Source: Octopus sinensis
Lineage: Eukaryota
Length of the DNA stretch: 64,000 nucleotides
Assembly (NCBI RefSeq): GCF_006345805.1
Contig: NW_021833419.1
Location: forward strand, 11,560 to 75,559
Direction of reading: 5' to 3'
This document shows positions 52,931-64,000 of this stretch, one piece after another. The notes beneath the pieces were generated by a model. It did no database searches and was not told where the DNA came from. It worked only from the letters and a program-made list of their open reading frames with translations. The translations under genes and the position numbers were made by a program. Each line of letters opens with the position of its first letter. The stretch's first letter is position 1.

Positions 52931-54005
52931 TGTCAGTGATAAATTAAGTCTGTGGGCGCGTTCAACAGCACCACATGAGAGAAATCTACATGAAAGAAAT
53001 GACGTGGTTAGGTGGGGACTGGCAAGGAAGCGCATGAAAACAACACTGTCATGCGATATTTCGGTTTGGAATCAATTGTCGAGGCTCAACCGTTCACCTC
53101 CATTGTTAGGACAACATAACTCCCAAATGAAAACAATTCTGCATGCAGTGTCTAGGCACGTAAGATCACATTAAGGACACGATGGTTGTTTTTAGACACT
53201 ATAAATTAGTAGATAAATGTACATGTGGAATTTCGGTTTGTAATCAATAGCTGAAGAATATTTGAATGGGATTCGTCTATGCTTAGAAGGAAGACTTTGA
53301 TACTGAAGCTAGGAGGAATTACAACCGTGTTTCGTGGTCTGCTACCACAACAGCTCCTTTATAGGATCCAGTTAGCTCAAGACATCATCAGGAGGAACCA
53401 CGTCCGGTTTAGGCCCCTACTCCTCTACTGTTTTGACGTGGCGCCCCCCCTTTCGGAGGTGTCTTCAGCTCTGGTGTTGGGTGCATGTCTTCTTTCTTCT
53501 GTTCCCTGGCCTCTTCGATGTTGAATAGTTGCACAAGATTTAATATATCTTAGCATAATTTTCATAGTGTGTTCCAAACGGTTTTTATTCCAACAAATTG
53601 CGATCTATGGTACTACGGGAACAGGTTATTATTGGTACCACTTAGACTATGCTGTTTGAAGTCTACATCGGTTCATTCATTTAATACAACCTACATATAA
53701 TCATTTCAGCAACTGCTTTTTGTAGTTTGAATAGAAGCAATGTGTGGACCATGCAGGCAGTCGTACGTAGCCCAGAAAAGGGAATTTTCTGCCCTTGAAA
53801 AATTTCAAGAGTATAAAACCATCTGTCGAACATAAATAATGTACGTTCCCAGTTTGGAGAAAATAGATAAGTATGTATTGTATGTATTACAGTAAATTCC
53901 TTTCTCTCATTTTCTTTGTATTCAAGTCGCTGTTTTGAATTCCTTCTCGAAATCTAGAGCTTTAACGAAGAATGTGATTTAGTGAGAAAGGGGTAGATGG
54001 CGGTA

Positions 54006-54570
54006 TTGGGTTGTCCGGAAAGTTCGTGCCGATTTATAGTAGCTTACCTTTCGACTTATTTTAGAACATGGTTGAGTCCATAAAATACGATTTGACTACT
54101 CCATTTAGAGCACAGTTTAAGCTATATTTTCGTGGAAGAAGGTTTATGTTCCTATAACCTGTGTTAATTCTGTAATCCTTTAAAATGGAAGATGAGAGAG
54201 TTCATTTTCGGTACTTGATGCTTTGGGAACCAGACAAAAATTGCTGCAGCTCGGCTGGGATGTGTTACCCCACCCTCCGTATTCACCAGATATTGCCCCT
54301 TCGGATTTCCACTTATTTAGGTATCTGCAGAATAGTCTTAATGGTAAAAAATTTCAATTCCTTGGATGACGTAAAAAGATACCTTGATGAATTCTTTGCC
54401 ATGAAATCACCTCAAATCTGGGAAGAGGGTATTTTCAAGTTAAAGGAAAGATGGAGATGCATTGTGCAACAAAATGGTTCATATTTGGTTGATTAAAAAT
54501 GTAATGGCAAGTATTTATTGACCCTTTTTTTCTCCTTTAAAATTCGGCACGAACTTTCGAGACAACCCAA
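54006..54570 (+). mobile_element. Internally deleted mariner transposon
   Basis: TIR ttgggttgtccggaaagttcgtgccga / tcggcacgaactttcgagacaacccaa, TA TSD. N-terminus MEDERVHFRYLMLWE is fused to C-terminal LGWDVLPHPPYSPDIAPSDFHLF...WEEGIFKLKERWRCIVQQNGSY. Confidence 0.95.
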
Positions 54571-54976
54571 TACAATTGATGGCCGATTATATGCAACATG
54601 GCTTGTTTTAAATGCTATGAAATCAGTTAATAACGGCCGCATTTTCATGTTAATGGTGTTGAAAGTGCATAGTTAAACTATTCTCCATCCACTTTTGGGG
54701 AGAAGCTCATTAGCATGTATTTGGCCTTGCAAAAAGATTGGCCTTATGGTCCTTAAGAGTAATGTAAGGCCTGTGCATGCTGAGGATATCCACCTGACCT
54801 CCAATTTCTAGTTGGAAGATGAATTATTTTGCTTATGTGCATACAGGAATGTATGTATTCGTAGGCTTTGTTTTATGTTTTAGTGATGTCGATTCGCTGG
54901 AAATTGGAGTATGTGGTGAACTTATTTTATATAATTCTTTGTTTTGCTTGCAAGTATATGGAGATTAAGGAGTGTT

Positions 54977-55163
54977 ATGTATGTATGTATGTATGTATGT
55001 ATGTATGAATGTATGTATGTATGTAAGTATGTATGTATGTATGTATGTATGCATGCATGTATGTATGTATGTATGAATGTATGTATGTATGTATGTAAGT
55101 ATGTATGTATGTATGTAAGTATGTAAGTATGTATGTATGTATGTATGTATGTATGTATGTATG

Positions 55164-55194
<31 letters not shown>

Positions 55195-55340
55195 GTATGT
55201 ATGTATGTATGTATGTATGTATGCATGCATGCATGTATGAATGTATGTATGTATGTATGTATGTATGAATGTATGTATGTATGTATGTATGTATGTATGT
55301 ATGTATGTATGTATGTATGTATGCATGCATGTATGTATGT
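54977..55340. repeat. (GTAT)n tetranucleotide microsatellite
   Basis: About 90 units with gtaa/gaat/gcat variants. Confidence 0.95.
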
Positions 55341-55888
55341 ATGTATGAATGTATGTATGCATATTTATTTATTTGTTGATATATGCATACATATTTAAAT
55401 GTTTATATATATGTATGTGTATATATGTACATTTTATATATACATACAAACATACACACATATACACATATACACACATACATATATATATATATATATG
55501 TACGAATATATGTACATATGCATATAACCACTTGTTGAATAGATGTGCATTTATGTATGTATATATGCATATTTATTTATTTGTAGATACATGCATACAT
55601 ACTTAAATGTTTATATATATGTGTATATATGTACATTTTATATATACATACAAACACACACATATACACACATACACACACATATATATATGCATGAATG
55701 TATGTACATATGCATATAACCACTTGTTCAATAGATGTGCATTTATGTATGTATGTATACATATCTAATTATTTGTAGATACATGCATACATACTTAAAT
55801 ATTTATATATATGTATGTGTATATATATATATATGTACATTTTATATATACAAGCAAACACTCACATATACACACAGACTTACACACC

Positions 55889-55941
<53 letters not shown>

Positions 55942-55995
55942 GTATGAATGTATGTATATATGCATATAAACACTTGCTCAATAGATGTGCATTTA
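55340..55995. repeat. ~200-bp tandem repeat, about 3.3 copies
   Basis: cacttg(t/c)t(g/c)aatagatgtgcatttatgtatgta recurs at about 55529, 55721 and 55971. Confidence 0.85.
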
Positions 55996-57029
55996 TGTAT
56001 GTATGGATTCAATGATAGTGCCAGCGTGTCTGTGGATATATGTGTGCGTAGATACATGTGTTTGTGTGTGTGTGTAGGCGTGTGTACGTGTTGTGAGCGT
56101 ACTAGTGTGTGTGTAGGCACTAGATGTGTGTGCGTGTGTGTATGTGTGTCTGTGTGTGTGTGTGTGCGTTTGTAGATGAATACGAAATAGAAGCTTCTGA
56201 TAGCTTAATCGATTGCCGATAGATTCATTTCGATACGAACACAGCCTCATCTCGCATGTTTCTGCATTAAATACAGATAGCTAACAAAACTTATATATCG
56301 TCTGTATTGTCTCCCACTGTTATCGTTGTTGGTCGATCGCAGTCATCCGGGTATTTCTCACGTACAGCCGCCATATTAGAGCTAAACTCCCAGGCCCGTC
56401 TGTCAGCTTGTCTGTCAGCCCTCATGCCGCAGTTAACCGGATATCTCTGACAGGTGGCTGCCATGTTAGATAAAGTAAGTCAAATATATATTAACAGCAA
56501 GTTTTTTCCACAGGTTGTTTGGCTTCTTTTTATTTTTTTATACTTTCTTTTCCTTTAGCTTTACATATATTTTTTTTTGAAAAACATTTTTTTTCTCCTC
56601 ATCTCATCTATGTCGCAGCTTGACGTAACTGTGAGAAAATACACACAAGCACACACACACACAGACACACACACATACACACACATACACACACATACAC
56701 ACACACGCACAAACATGCACACACACACACACACACACAAGCATACACATACACACACACACACAAGCATACACATACACACACACACATAAGCACACAC
56801 ACACACACACACACACACAAGCACACACACACACACACACACACCACAGAGACAAAAGCGATAATATATTGTATATTTCTTTCCACAGGTTGCAGCCAAT
56901 AATTTGCGGTCATACTGGAGCAGCGCTTTGTTAAAGGACATTGCAACATCAGGTTTTAAAACGGAGCACACGTACTGGGACACACGGACATACAAATGTG
57001 CCACACACCACACACACACACACACATGT

Positions 57030-57425
57030 TGTTTTACTTGGTTCAGTCATTTGACTGCAGCCATGCTGGAGCACCGCTTTAAAGGGTTTTAGTTAAAGAA
57101 ATCGAGAACTGGACTTATTTTTTGTAAGCCCAGTACATATACTATCGCCCTCCTTTGCCGAACCGCAAAGTTACGGGGACGTAAACACACCAGCATCGGT
57201 TGTAGAGCGATGGTGAGGTGACAAGCACAAACACAAAGTATATAATATAAATACACACACACACACACACATATATACGACAGGCTTCTTTTAGTTTCTC
57301 TGTACGAAATCCAGTCACAAGGCTTTGGTTAGCCCGTGGCTATAGTAGAAGGCACTTACCTAAGATGCCACGCAGTGGAACTGAACTTGGAACCATGTGG
57401 TTGGGAAGCAAGCTTCTTACCACCC
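57030..57425 (-). mobile_element. SINE-A (diverged)
   Basis: Tail, internal microsatellite and head recognisable. Confidence 0.85.
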
Positions 57426-57744
57426 ACCCACGTATGTATGTATGTATGTACGTATGTATGTATGTATGTACGTATGTATGTGTGGGTGTGTGTGTATGTA
57501 TGTATGTATGTATGTGTAGTATGTATGTATGAATGTGTGTGTGTACACACACATATGCGCACGTGTGTGTTTCTGTATCAGTTTGTCTCTGTCCCTGGCT
57601 GTGTTTACGTGTTTTAAGATCACTGTGAGTCAGAATTTGCTGATGGAAGTCATAAAGGGACTCATGAATCACCATGAGTCGCAATAAGTTCTAGCGATTA
57701 AGCTGTTGCTATGCTGGTGAAAATGCAACCCAAAACCTCAGTCC

Positions 57745-57965
57745 TTACTGTCCACAAGGGGCTACACACAGAGAGGACAAACAAGGACAGACAAATGGAT
57801 TAAGTCGATTATATCGACCCCAGTGCGTAACTGGTACTTAATTTATCGACCCCGAAAGGATAAATGTCAAAGTTGACCTCGGCGGAATTTGAACTCAGAA
57901 CGCAACAGCAGACGGAATAGAGCTACGCATTTCGCCCGGCGTGCTAACGATTCTGCCATCTCGCC
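57745..57965 (-). mobile_element. SINE-B, near full length
   Basis: ggcgagatggcagaatcgttagcacgcc head through tail. Confidence 0.88.
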
Positions 57966-58267
57966 ACCTTAGTCCTCGTCACCAGATGCTGCCGCACCTG
58001 GCGAGCAATGCTACAATTCTCTTTGAAGTTTTGACAAATGTTTACATCTAGATGTAAAATGAGACGTATGGATTTTAGCGGTTTGCTCTATTTTTTTGCT
58101 TCTAACGATATCAGTGACTGAATAGTCGCTGTTTCTCTGTATATCGGTAGAAAGGAGAATCAGCCACCATGCAGTATTAGTGATTACCTACTACTGATGA
58201 GGCGCAAAACACACCGAAATCACGTGATTTCGGTGTGTTTCATCAAGTAAAAGAGTAAAAGAATAAA

Positions 58268-58570
58268 GAGTAAGAGTATCAGCAGGACAGCTGACCTCTA
58301 TGGCTGTACATGACTTTTCTTGTCTGTCCCAGGTAACAGTCTCCGGTCTTTTATGCTTAAACTTGACAGGAGTTTTGATGGGAATGCTCCACCAGTATTC
58401 CTTATTTTGGTGTCTGTGTAAGTATTCAATAACAGGGAGATTCTCTCTATATTTATTACAGGATAGTCTTTTGTATTGACAGCATCGTATTGTATTGGGA
58501 CGTAGTACGTTCATGACATTTTGTGACAGCTGCTGATCATGAGTGATGTCTTCACAGAAATGTAACATGA
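58268..58570 (-). pseudogene. R4/Dong-type LINE fragment: zinc finger plus restriction-like endonuclease
   Basis: FCEDITH...YWWSIPIKT...KHKRPETVTWDRQEKSCTAIEVSCPAD matches the CCHC/PD-D layout of RLE elements. Confidence 0.75.
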
Positions 58571-58664
58571 TCGACATTTTCGGTTGCAAACGAAAAAGTA
58601 CTTACTGTTATATGCGTGTGCCCATGTGTATGTGTGAGTGTGTCCCGGTGTCGGTATCCCGGCG

Positions 58665-58895
58665 GCGAGCTGGCAGAAACGTTAGCATACTGGATGAAAT
58701 GCTTAGCGGTATTTCGTCTGCGTTACGTTGTGAGTTCAAATTCCGCCGAGGTCGACTTTGCCTTTCATCCTTTCGAGGTCGATAAATTAAGTACCAGATA
58801 CGCACTGGGGTCGATGTAATCGACTTAATACCTATGTCTGTCCTTGTTTGTCCCCTCTGTGTTTAGCCCCTTGTAGGTAATAAAGAAATAGGTAT
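58665..58895 (+). mobile_element. SINE-B, full length
   Basis: ggcggcgagctggcagaaacgttagc through agccccttgtaggtaataaagaaata. Confidence 0.9.
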
Positions 58896-58944
58896 CTGTA
58901 TACATATATATATACTTTATTTAAAAGCAGCAGAAATTTAACAA

Positions 58945-58988
58945 AAACTGTTACTCGGAGTTTCACGTTCCTGTTCGTCGGACAGTTT
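58945..58988 (-). ncRNA. Type I hammerhead ribozyme (U4C variant)
   Basis: aaactgt-CCGACGA-aca ggaa cgt-GAAAC tc c gaG TA-acagttt: 7-bp stem I, one mismatch in stem II, GUA site. Confidence 0.7.
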
Positions 58989-59166
58989 GTGTGTCTGTGT
59001 TTGTGCCCCCCCCCCAACATCGCTTGACAACCGATGGTGGTGTGTTTACGTCCCCGTAACTTAGCGGTTCGGCAAAAGAGACCGATAGAATAAGTACTAG
59101 GCTTACAAAGAATAAGTCCTGGGGACGATTTGCTCGACTAAAAGGCGGTGCTCCAGCATGTTAACA

Positions 59167-59210
59167 AAACTGTCCGACGAACGGGAACGTGAAACTCCGA
59201 GTAACAGCTT
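59167..59210 (+). ncRNA. Type I hammerhead ribozyme (U4C variant)
   Basis: ctgt-CCGACGA-acg ggaa cgt-GAAAC tc c gaG TA-acag: perfect stem II with GGAA loop; predicted cleavage after 59203. Confidence 0.75.
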
Positions 59211-59578
59211 TTGTTAAATTCTGCTGCTTTTAAATAAAGTACATTATCTACTCTACACCCCTGGTTATTTGAGTACTCTTTTTTTCCACCTTGTGTCACA
59301 TTTATGTGTTTACTCCGGTACACACATATATATATATACATACCCACACACACCACACCACACATACACATATATATATACATACACACACACACACACC
59401 ACACACACATATATATATATACATACACACACCACACACACATATTATATATATATACATACACACACACACACCACACATAATATATATATATACATAC
59501 ACACACAACACCACACACATATATATATATATAATACATACACACACCACACACACACATATATATATATATATACAT

Positions 59579-59615
<37 letters not shown>

Positions 59616-59704
59616 GATAACATACACACACACACACACCACACATATATATATATATATACATACACACACACACACACACACATATTATATATATATT
59701 ACAT

Positions 59705-59738
<34 letters not shown>

Positions 59739-59784
59739 CATACATACACACACACACACACCACACATATATATATATATACAT

Positions 59785-59839
<55 letters not shown>

Positions 59840-60033
59840 TATATATACACACACATATATATATACATACACACACACACACACATACACATATATATAT
59901 ATAGTTAATCTCCCCACCAAATAAAAAAGAACAAAAAGCACAAGGAAAAATAATGATAAAAGAGTAAAAGAGTAAAGCAAGGACGTGGTGCATGCAAAGT
60001 ATTAGAAGACGCCCAGGGAAAAAAAGAAAGGTA

Positions 60034-60068
60034 GTTTTATGTTTCGAGCAAAGCTCTTCGTCAGAAAC
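60034..60068 (-). ncRNA. Minimal type I hammerhead ribozyme
   Basis: gttt-CTGACGA-a-gagc ttt gctc-GAAAC ATA-aaac: stems I and II pair; stem III ACAU is one CpG-type change from palindromic ACGU. Confidence 0.65.
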
Positions 60069-60359
60069 AGGTGACGAAGGAAAGTCCAAGAGAAAAGGAA
60101 GATGGAGGAAGGCTCACACGGACCCCTGGCCTTGCGACTGACTTTGGAGTACCTTATTCACAGTATTCTTTCTACCATCGGATTACATTACCTTGTTCAT
60201 TCGGAATACGCCATTTCTGTACCTTGATAGTAACTAATTAATATATAATATATTGTGTGTGTGTGTGGTGTGGTGTGTGTGTGTGTGTGTGTGTGTGTGG
60301 TGTGCGTGTGTGTGTTTGTGAGTGTGTGTGTGTATACATATACACACGTAATATATATG

Positions 60360-60390
<31 letters not shown>

Positions 60391-60400
60391 GCATATATAA

Positions 60401-60436
<36 letters not shown>

Positions 60437-60500
60437 CCACACACACCACACACGCACGCACACACACACAACACATATATATATATATATGTGTGGTGTG

Positions 60501-60543
<43 letters not shown>

Positions 60544-60801
60544 GTTTTTGTATTGTGGTTTGCAAGATTCCTGATATGAAATCGTGTAGTGAAACAGATA
60601 TTGTTATACACGGGGATGGTCGTATTTCACCGTCAAAGGATGTCTGACGAAAGAATTTTGATAATGAAGCTGTAATAATAATAAAGTTGAAATGAAGACC
60701 AACTATACAGTGCGTGTGTTTAATTGCCAAAATATGACCAACAATATAGATAGATAGATAGATAGATAAATAGACAGACTGACAGATAGATAGATAGATA
60801 A

Positions 60802-60870
<69 letters not shown>

Positions 60871-60891
60871 AAGACAGACAGACAGACAGAC

Positions 60892-60942
<51 letters not shown>

Positions 60943-61471
60943 CGACGGTCTTCCTTCAGTTTCCGTCTATAAAATCCACAGGACTTTGGTCGACTCGAAT
61001 CTGTTGTGAAAGACACTTGCACATATGGCTGCGAAGCAAATTGCTCGCCTCGCCTACGCCTGTTTGATCACGATCGACAAACCACCTCTGTAGGTTCAGC
61101 TATTGTCTTTAACAAGAGAGTCCACAATATGTATGCATATATAATAACAAGGATTGTTACAAAGTGGCATAGCATTACCTTTAATTTCTTTTTTATATAC
61201 TTAACTAATTGCCTCTGTGTGGGTGTGTGTGTGTGTGTCAGTGATGCTACAGAACTAGTTTAGAATATTGTTTATCGATTACAGTAATTTTCCCCAGTTT
61301 ACTGGAACCTATAGAGGTCGTGAGCACATATTCTATAGACATTATGAAAGCCGTAGCCATAATTTCATTTGAAATGATTACACGTAAATCAACATTTTCA
61401 ATCAACTTGAAATACATTATTATTATTTTTGAGTGGTTTCTTATTTATTCATTTCTTATTTATTTATCTAC

Positions 61472-61479
<8 letters not shown>

Positions 61480-61513
<34 letters not shown>

Positions 61514-61750
61514 GACGTCGTACAATATTCAATATCGTGAGGTTGTTGATTGTACTGTTTGTCAAGTGACAACAAGGATTTCAGGCAGACAGTACTTTAC
61601 GAAATATGCGTGCAATTCCAAGTAATGCCGACTTTTGCAATACATCTAGATTGTAGGGTATCTCTAAGGTTTTCAGATGTTTTTTCAGATTGGGTTGTAT
61701 TGAACCCAATGCTCCGATGACAATAGGGATTGGCTGGAAGAGTGTAGCCT
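61480..61750 (-). mobile_element. R4/Dong-type LINE 3' end with (AAT)n tail
   Basis: QPIPIVIGALGSI...LQKSALLGIARIFRKVLSA* (stop at 61581-61583), short UTR, then (AAT)n. Confidence 0.8.
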
Positions 61751-62379
61751 GAATGTCAATATGTTACCTATATGTTACCTATATATATATGTTGTTACCT
61801 ATATATATATATTAACGTCTTTAGGTATGTAAGAAGAATGGTGAACGGAAACTGTGCGGAAGCCTGTCATATGTGTGTGTTTGCGTTTGTTCTCCTACTG
61901 CTTGACAACCGGTGTTGAATTGTTTGCATTCCAGTAACTTAGTGGTTAAAAATATAAGACAAACAGACAGATACACACACATACACATGCGCAGACTTGT
62001 TTCAGTTTCCTTACTCGGTTTTGGTCGGCGCGAAGCTGTTTTAGAAGACACTTGTCCAAGGTGTTACGCAGTGAGACTAAACTCGAAACGTGACTAGCGG
62101 TCAACAATGCGCCTGCGCCGATGCGAAATTTTAGAAAATCTTAATGGGACCTGTTAGGTGATGCAACAATATGATACAGTACGGATAAGAAGAAATTATC
62201 ATTTGGACCGAAAAGACAATATGTTGATGTGGACAGAAGCGATTTATATGAAGATTTGTATGGTAGATTTGCAGCCTTATGTTCCAATATAAATAAAAGT
62301 TCAATGGTATGCCAAAAATACATTTAAATGTTCAGTTTGTGTTTGTAAACATAGCGTTATGCTATTTGCCTGGTAAGTG

Positions 62380-63170
62380 ATGTGAATTTCTTTGACGTTG
62401 TTATACTAATGGGGACATGAAACAAATACTAACTTTACAGAAGTTCAATAATTTCAGTGTCCGCATCAGTACATTATATTTTTTTGACAAGCAGGGGAAA
62501 CATGAATCCGTCGATCTAAGACGATGTAGTTACGATGACTGACCAGTTAATCTTGAAATTATTAATGTAACTATCTTTCAGATCCCATATACATTCCGAA
62601 AGAGTTGTAGTATTTCTTTGCTCTCCTGAATGACTAGGCGTACTGATGATATTTTTGCTTTAAAGATATGTTCATTCAGATCTAAATAATGTTTTTGAAG
62701 TGAGCAAGTATTAAAGTTATGGTAGCTGCATTTGAGTGTCAGATTTTTCCCTATTAGATTTAGCTGAAAAGCAGCTCAATTGTCAGTACATTTGTAACTA
62801 ACATTAGCATTGATTTTATTGATGATTTTGTGGAGCTTATGGTCTCTGAGGGATTTTGTTTTAATTAGGTTTAGAAAAAATCGGGTGATACTGGAACCGA
62901 TGTTCCAAAACAACATAGAGTTCAGCAGTCGGTTGAACTATATGATCTTCTTTTTACTGTTTTTGCTTGTATTTGCAATTTTATTTAATGTATTTCCTTG
63001 AATATATTTCTTTGTAATATGCCATCATAATACTTGACGGCGTCTTTAAAGGGTCCTCCATCAAGGAATATCCCAGAGATTTACATATTGACGTTTGCTG
63101 CATTTGTTAATATATTGTAAGGTTTCATTGAGTTTTCTGGTCGGATTATGTTTCCCAGGATTTAATTTTA
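62380..63170 (-). pseudogene. Decayed PLE RT thumb, linker and GIY-YIG region
   Basis: RKLNETLQYINK, KII*FNR, FLNLIKTK..DHKLHKIINK..VSYKC and SECIWDLKDSYINNFKINWSVI match the PLE C-terminal pattern; many stops. Confidence 0.6.
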
Positions 63171-63404
63171 GGGCATATGTAAATCACAATGAAGTACTGC
63201 TCCTACAGCTGGGACAGCGCTATTGTTGCTGCAGCACCGTGGAGTCTATGATGTGCACGCCTTTAACTCTACTAGACCCCTTGTTACAAAGTCCTTGAGA
63301 GACACACCCTACCCTCAGAGCCACAGATCTGATCGATCCTCTCCGTACCTTTTTTGATATCACAACTACATTAGCCTCTGTCCCTCATAATTGGTTGTTG
63401 TCGT

Positions 63405-63812
63405 ACTCTTACTCTTTTACTCTCTTTTACTTGTTTCAGTCATTTGACTGCGGCATGCTGGAGCACCGCCTTTAATCGAGCAACTCGACCCCGGGACTTA
63501 TTCTTTTGTAAGCTCAGTACTTATTCTATCGGTCTCTTTTGCCGAACCGCTATAACGGGACATAAACACCCAGCATCGGTTGTCAAGCAATTCTAGGGGG
63601 ACAACACAGACACACAAACAACACACCGCATATATATATTATATATACATATAGCGACGGCTTCTTTCAGTTTCCGTCTACCAAACCACTCACAATGCTT
63701 TGGTCGGCCTAGGCTATAGTGGAAGACACTTGCCCAAGGTGCCACGCAGTGGGACTGAACCCAGAACCATGTAGTTGGTAAACAAGCTACTTACCACACA
63801 GCCACTCCTGTA
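63405..63812 (-). mobile_element. SINE-A with many single-base deletions
   Basis: Head and tail present. Confidence 0.88.
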
Positions 63813-64000
63813 CCTTTCACTACCATCACTATTTCCGCATGTGTTGCATGTCTCGCCTCATTTTATCACCCATGTTGCGTCAAATTCCCCAAAAACCCAA
63901 AGTAACAAATACTCCCATCCCTTCTTTCCCGATACATTTGCTCCCTAGAATTTCCTTCCTGCACGTGACTTTCTTACTGTCCTCGATTTGCAACAGTTAA

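Noticed and set aside
53270-53560. GC-richer stretch with protein-like translation
   Set aside because: Stops occur in the plausible frames and I recognise no motif.
60568-60670. Two CTGA...GAAA-like motifs in tandem
   Set aside because: The stems do not pair; too degenerate to call.

Overview
Eukaryotic, AT-rich, repeat-saturated DNA (intronic or intergenic in character). The SINE families and dense (AT/CA/GATA/TAA)n tracts resemble octopus (coleoid cephalopod) genomes; this is an inference from pattern recognition, not a database hit. I find no confident host protein-coding gene, and most ORF-track entries are microsatellite read-through. Recognisable content: (1) a near full-length L1/Tx1-clade LINE (32.1-37.9 kb, minus) whose ORF breaks lie in homopolymers or simple repeats; (2) a decayed Penelope-like element (PLE) at 22.1-25.0 kb plus other PLE fragments; (3) CR1 and R4/Dong-type LINE fragments; (4) two abundant tRNA-derived SINE families, called SINE-A and SINE-B here; (5) a TIR transposon family with GGATC termini and 8-bp TSDs in three architectures; (6) non-autonomous Helitrons and an internally deleted mariner. 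Most interesting observations: type I hammerhead ribozyme folds, including an inverted pair bracketing a SINE fragment; evidence that SINE-B shares its 3' tail with the Tx1 LINE and also carries a recurrent insertion site; and a ~540-bp spacerless palindrome inside a TIR element. Coordinates were counted by hand; repeat boundaries are approximate.
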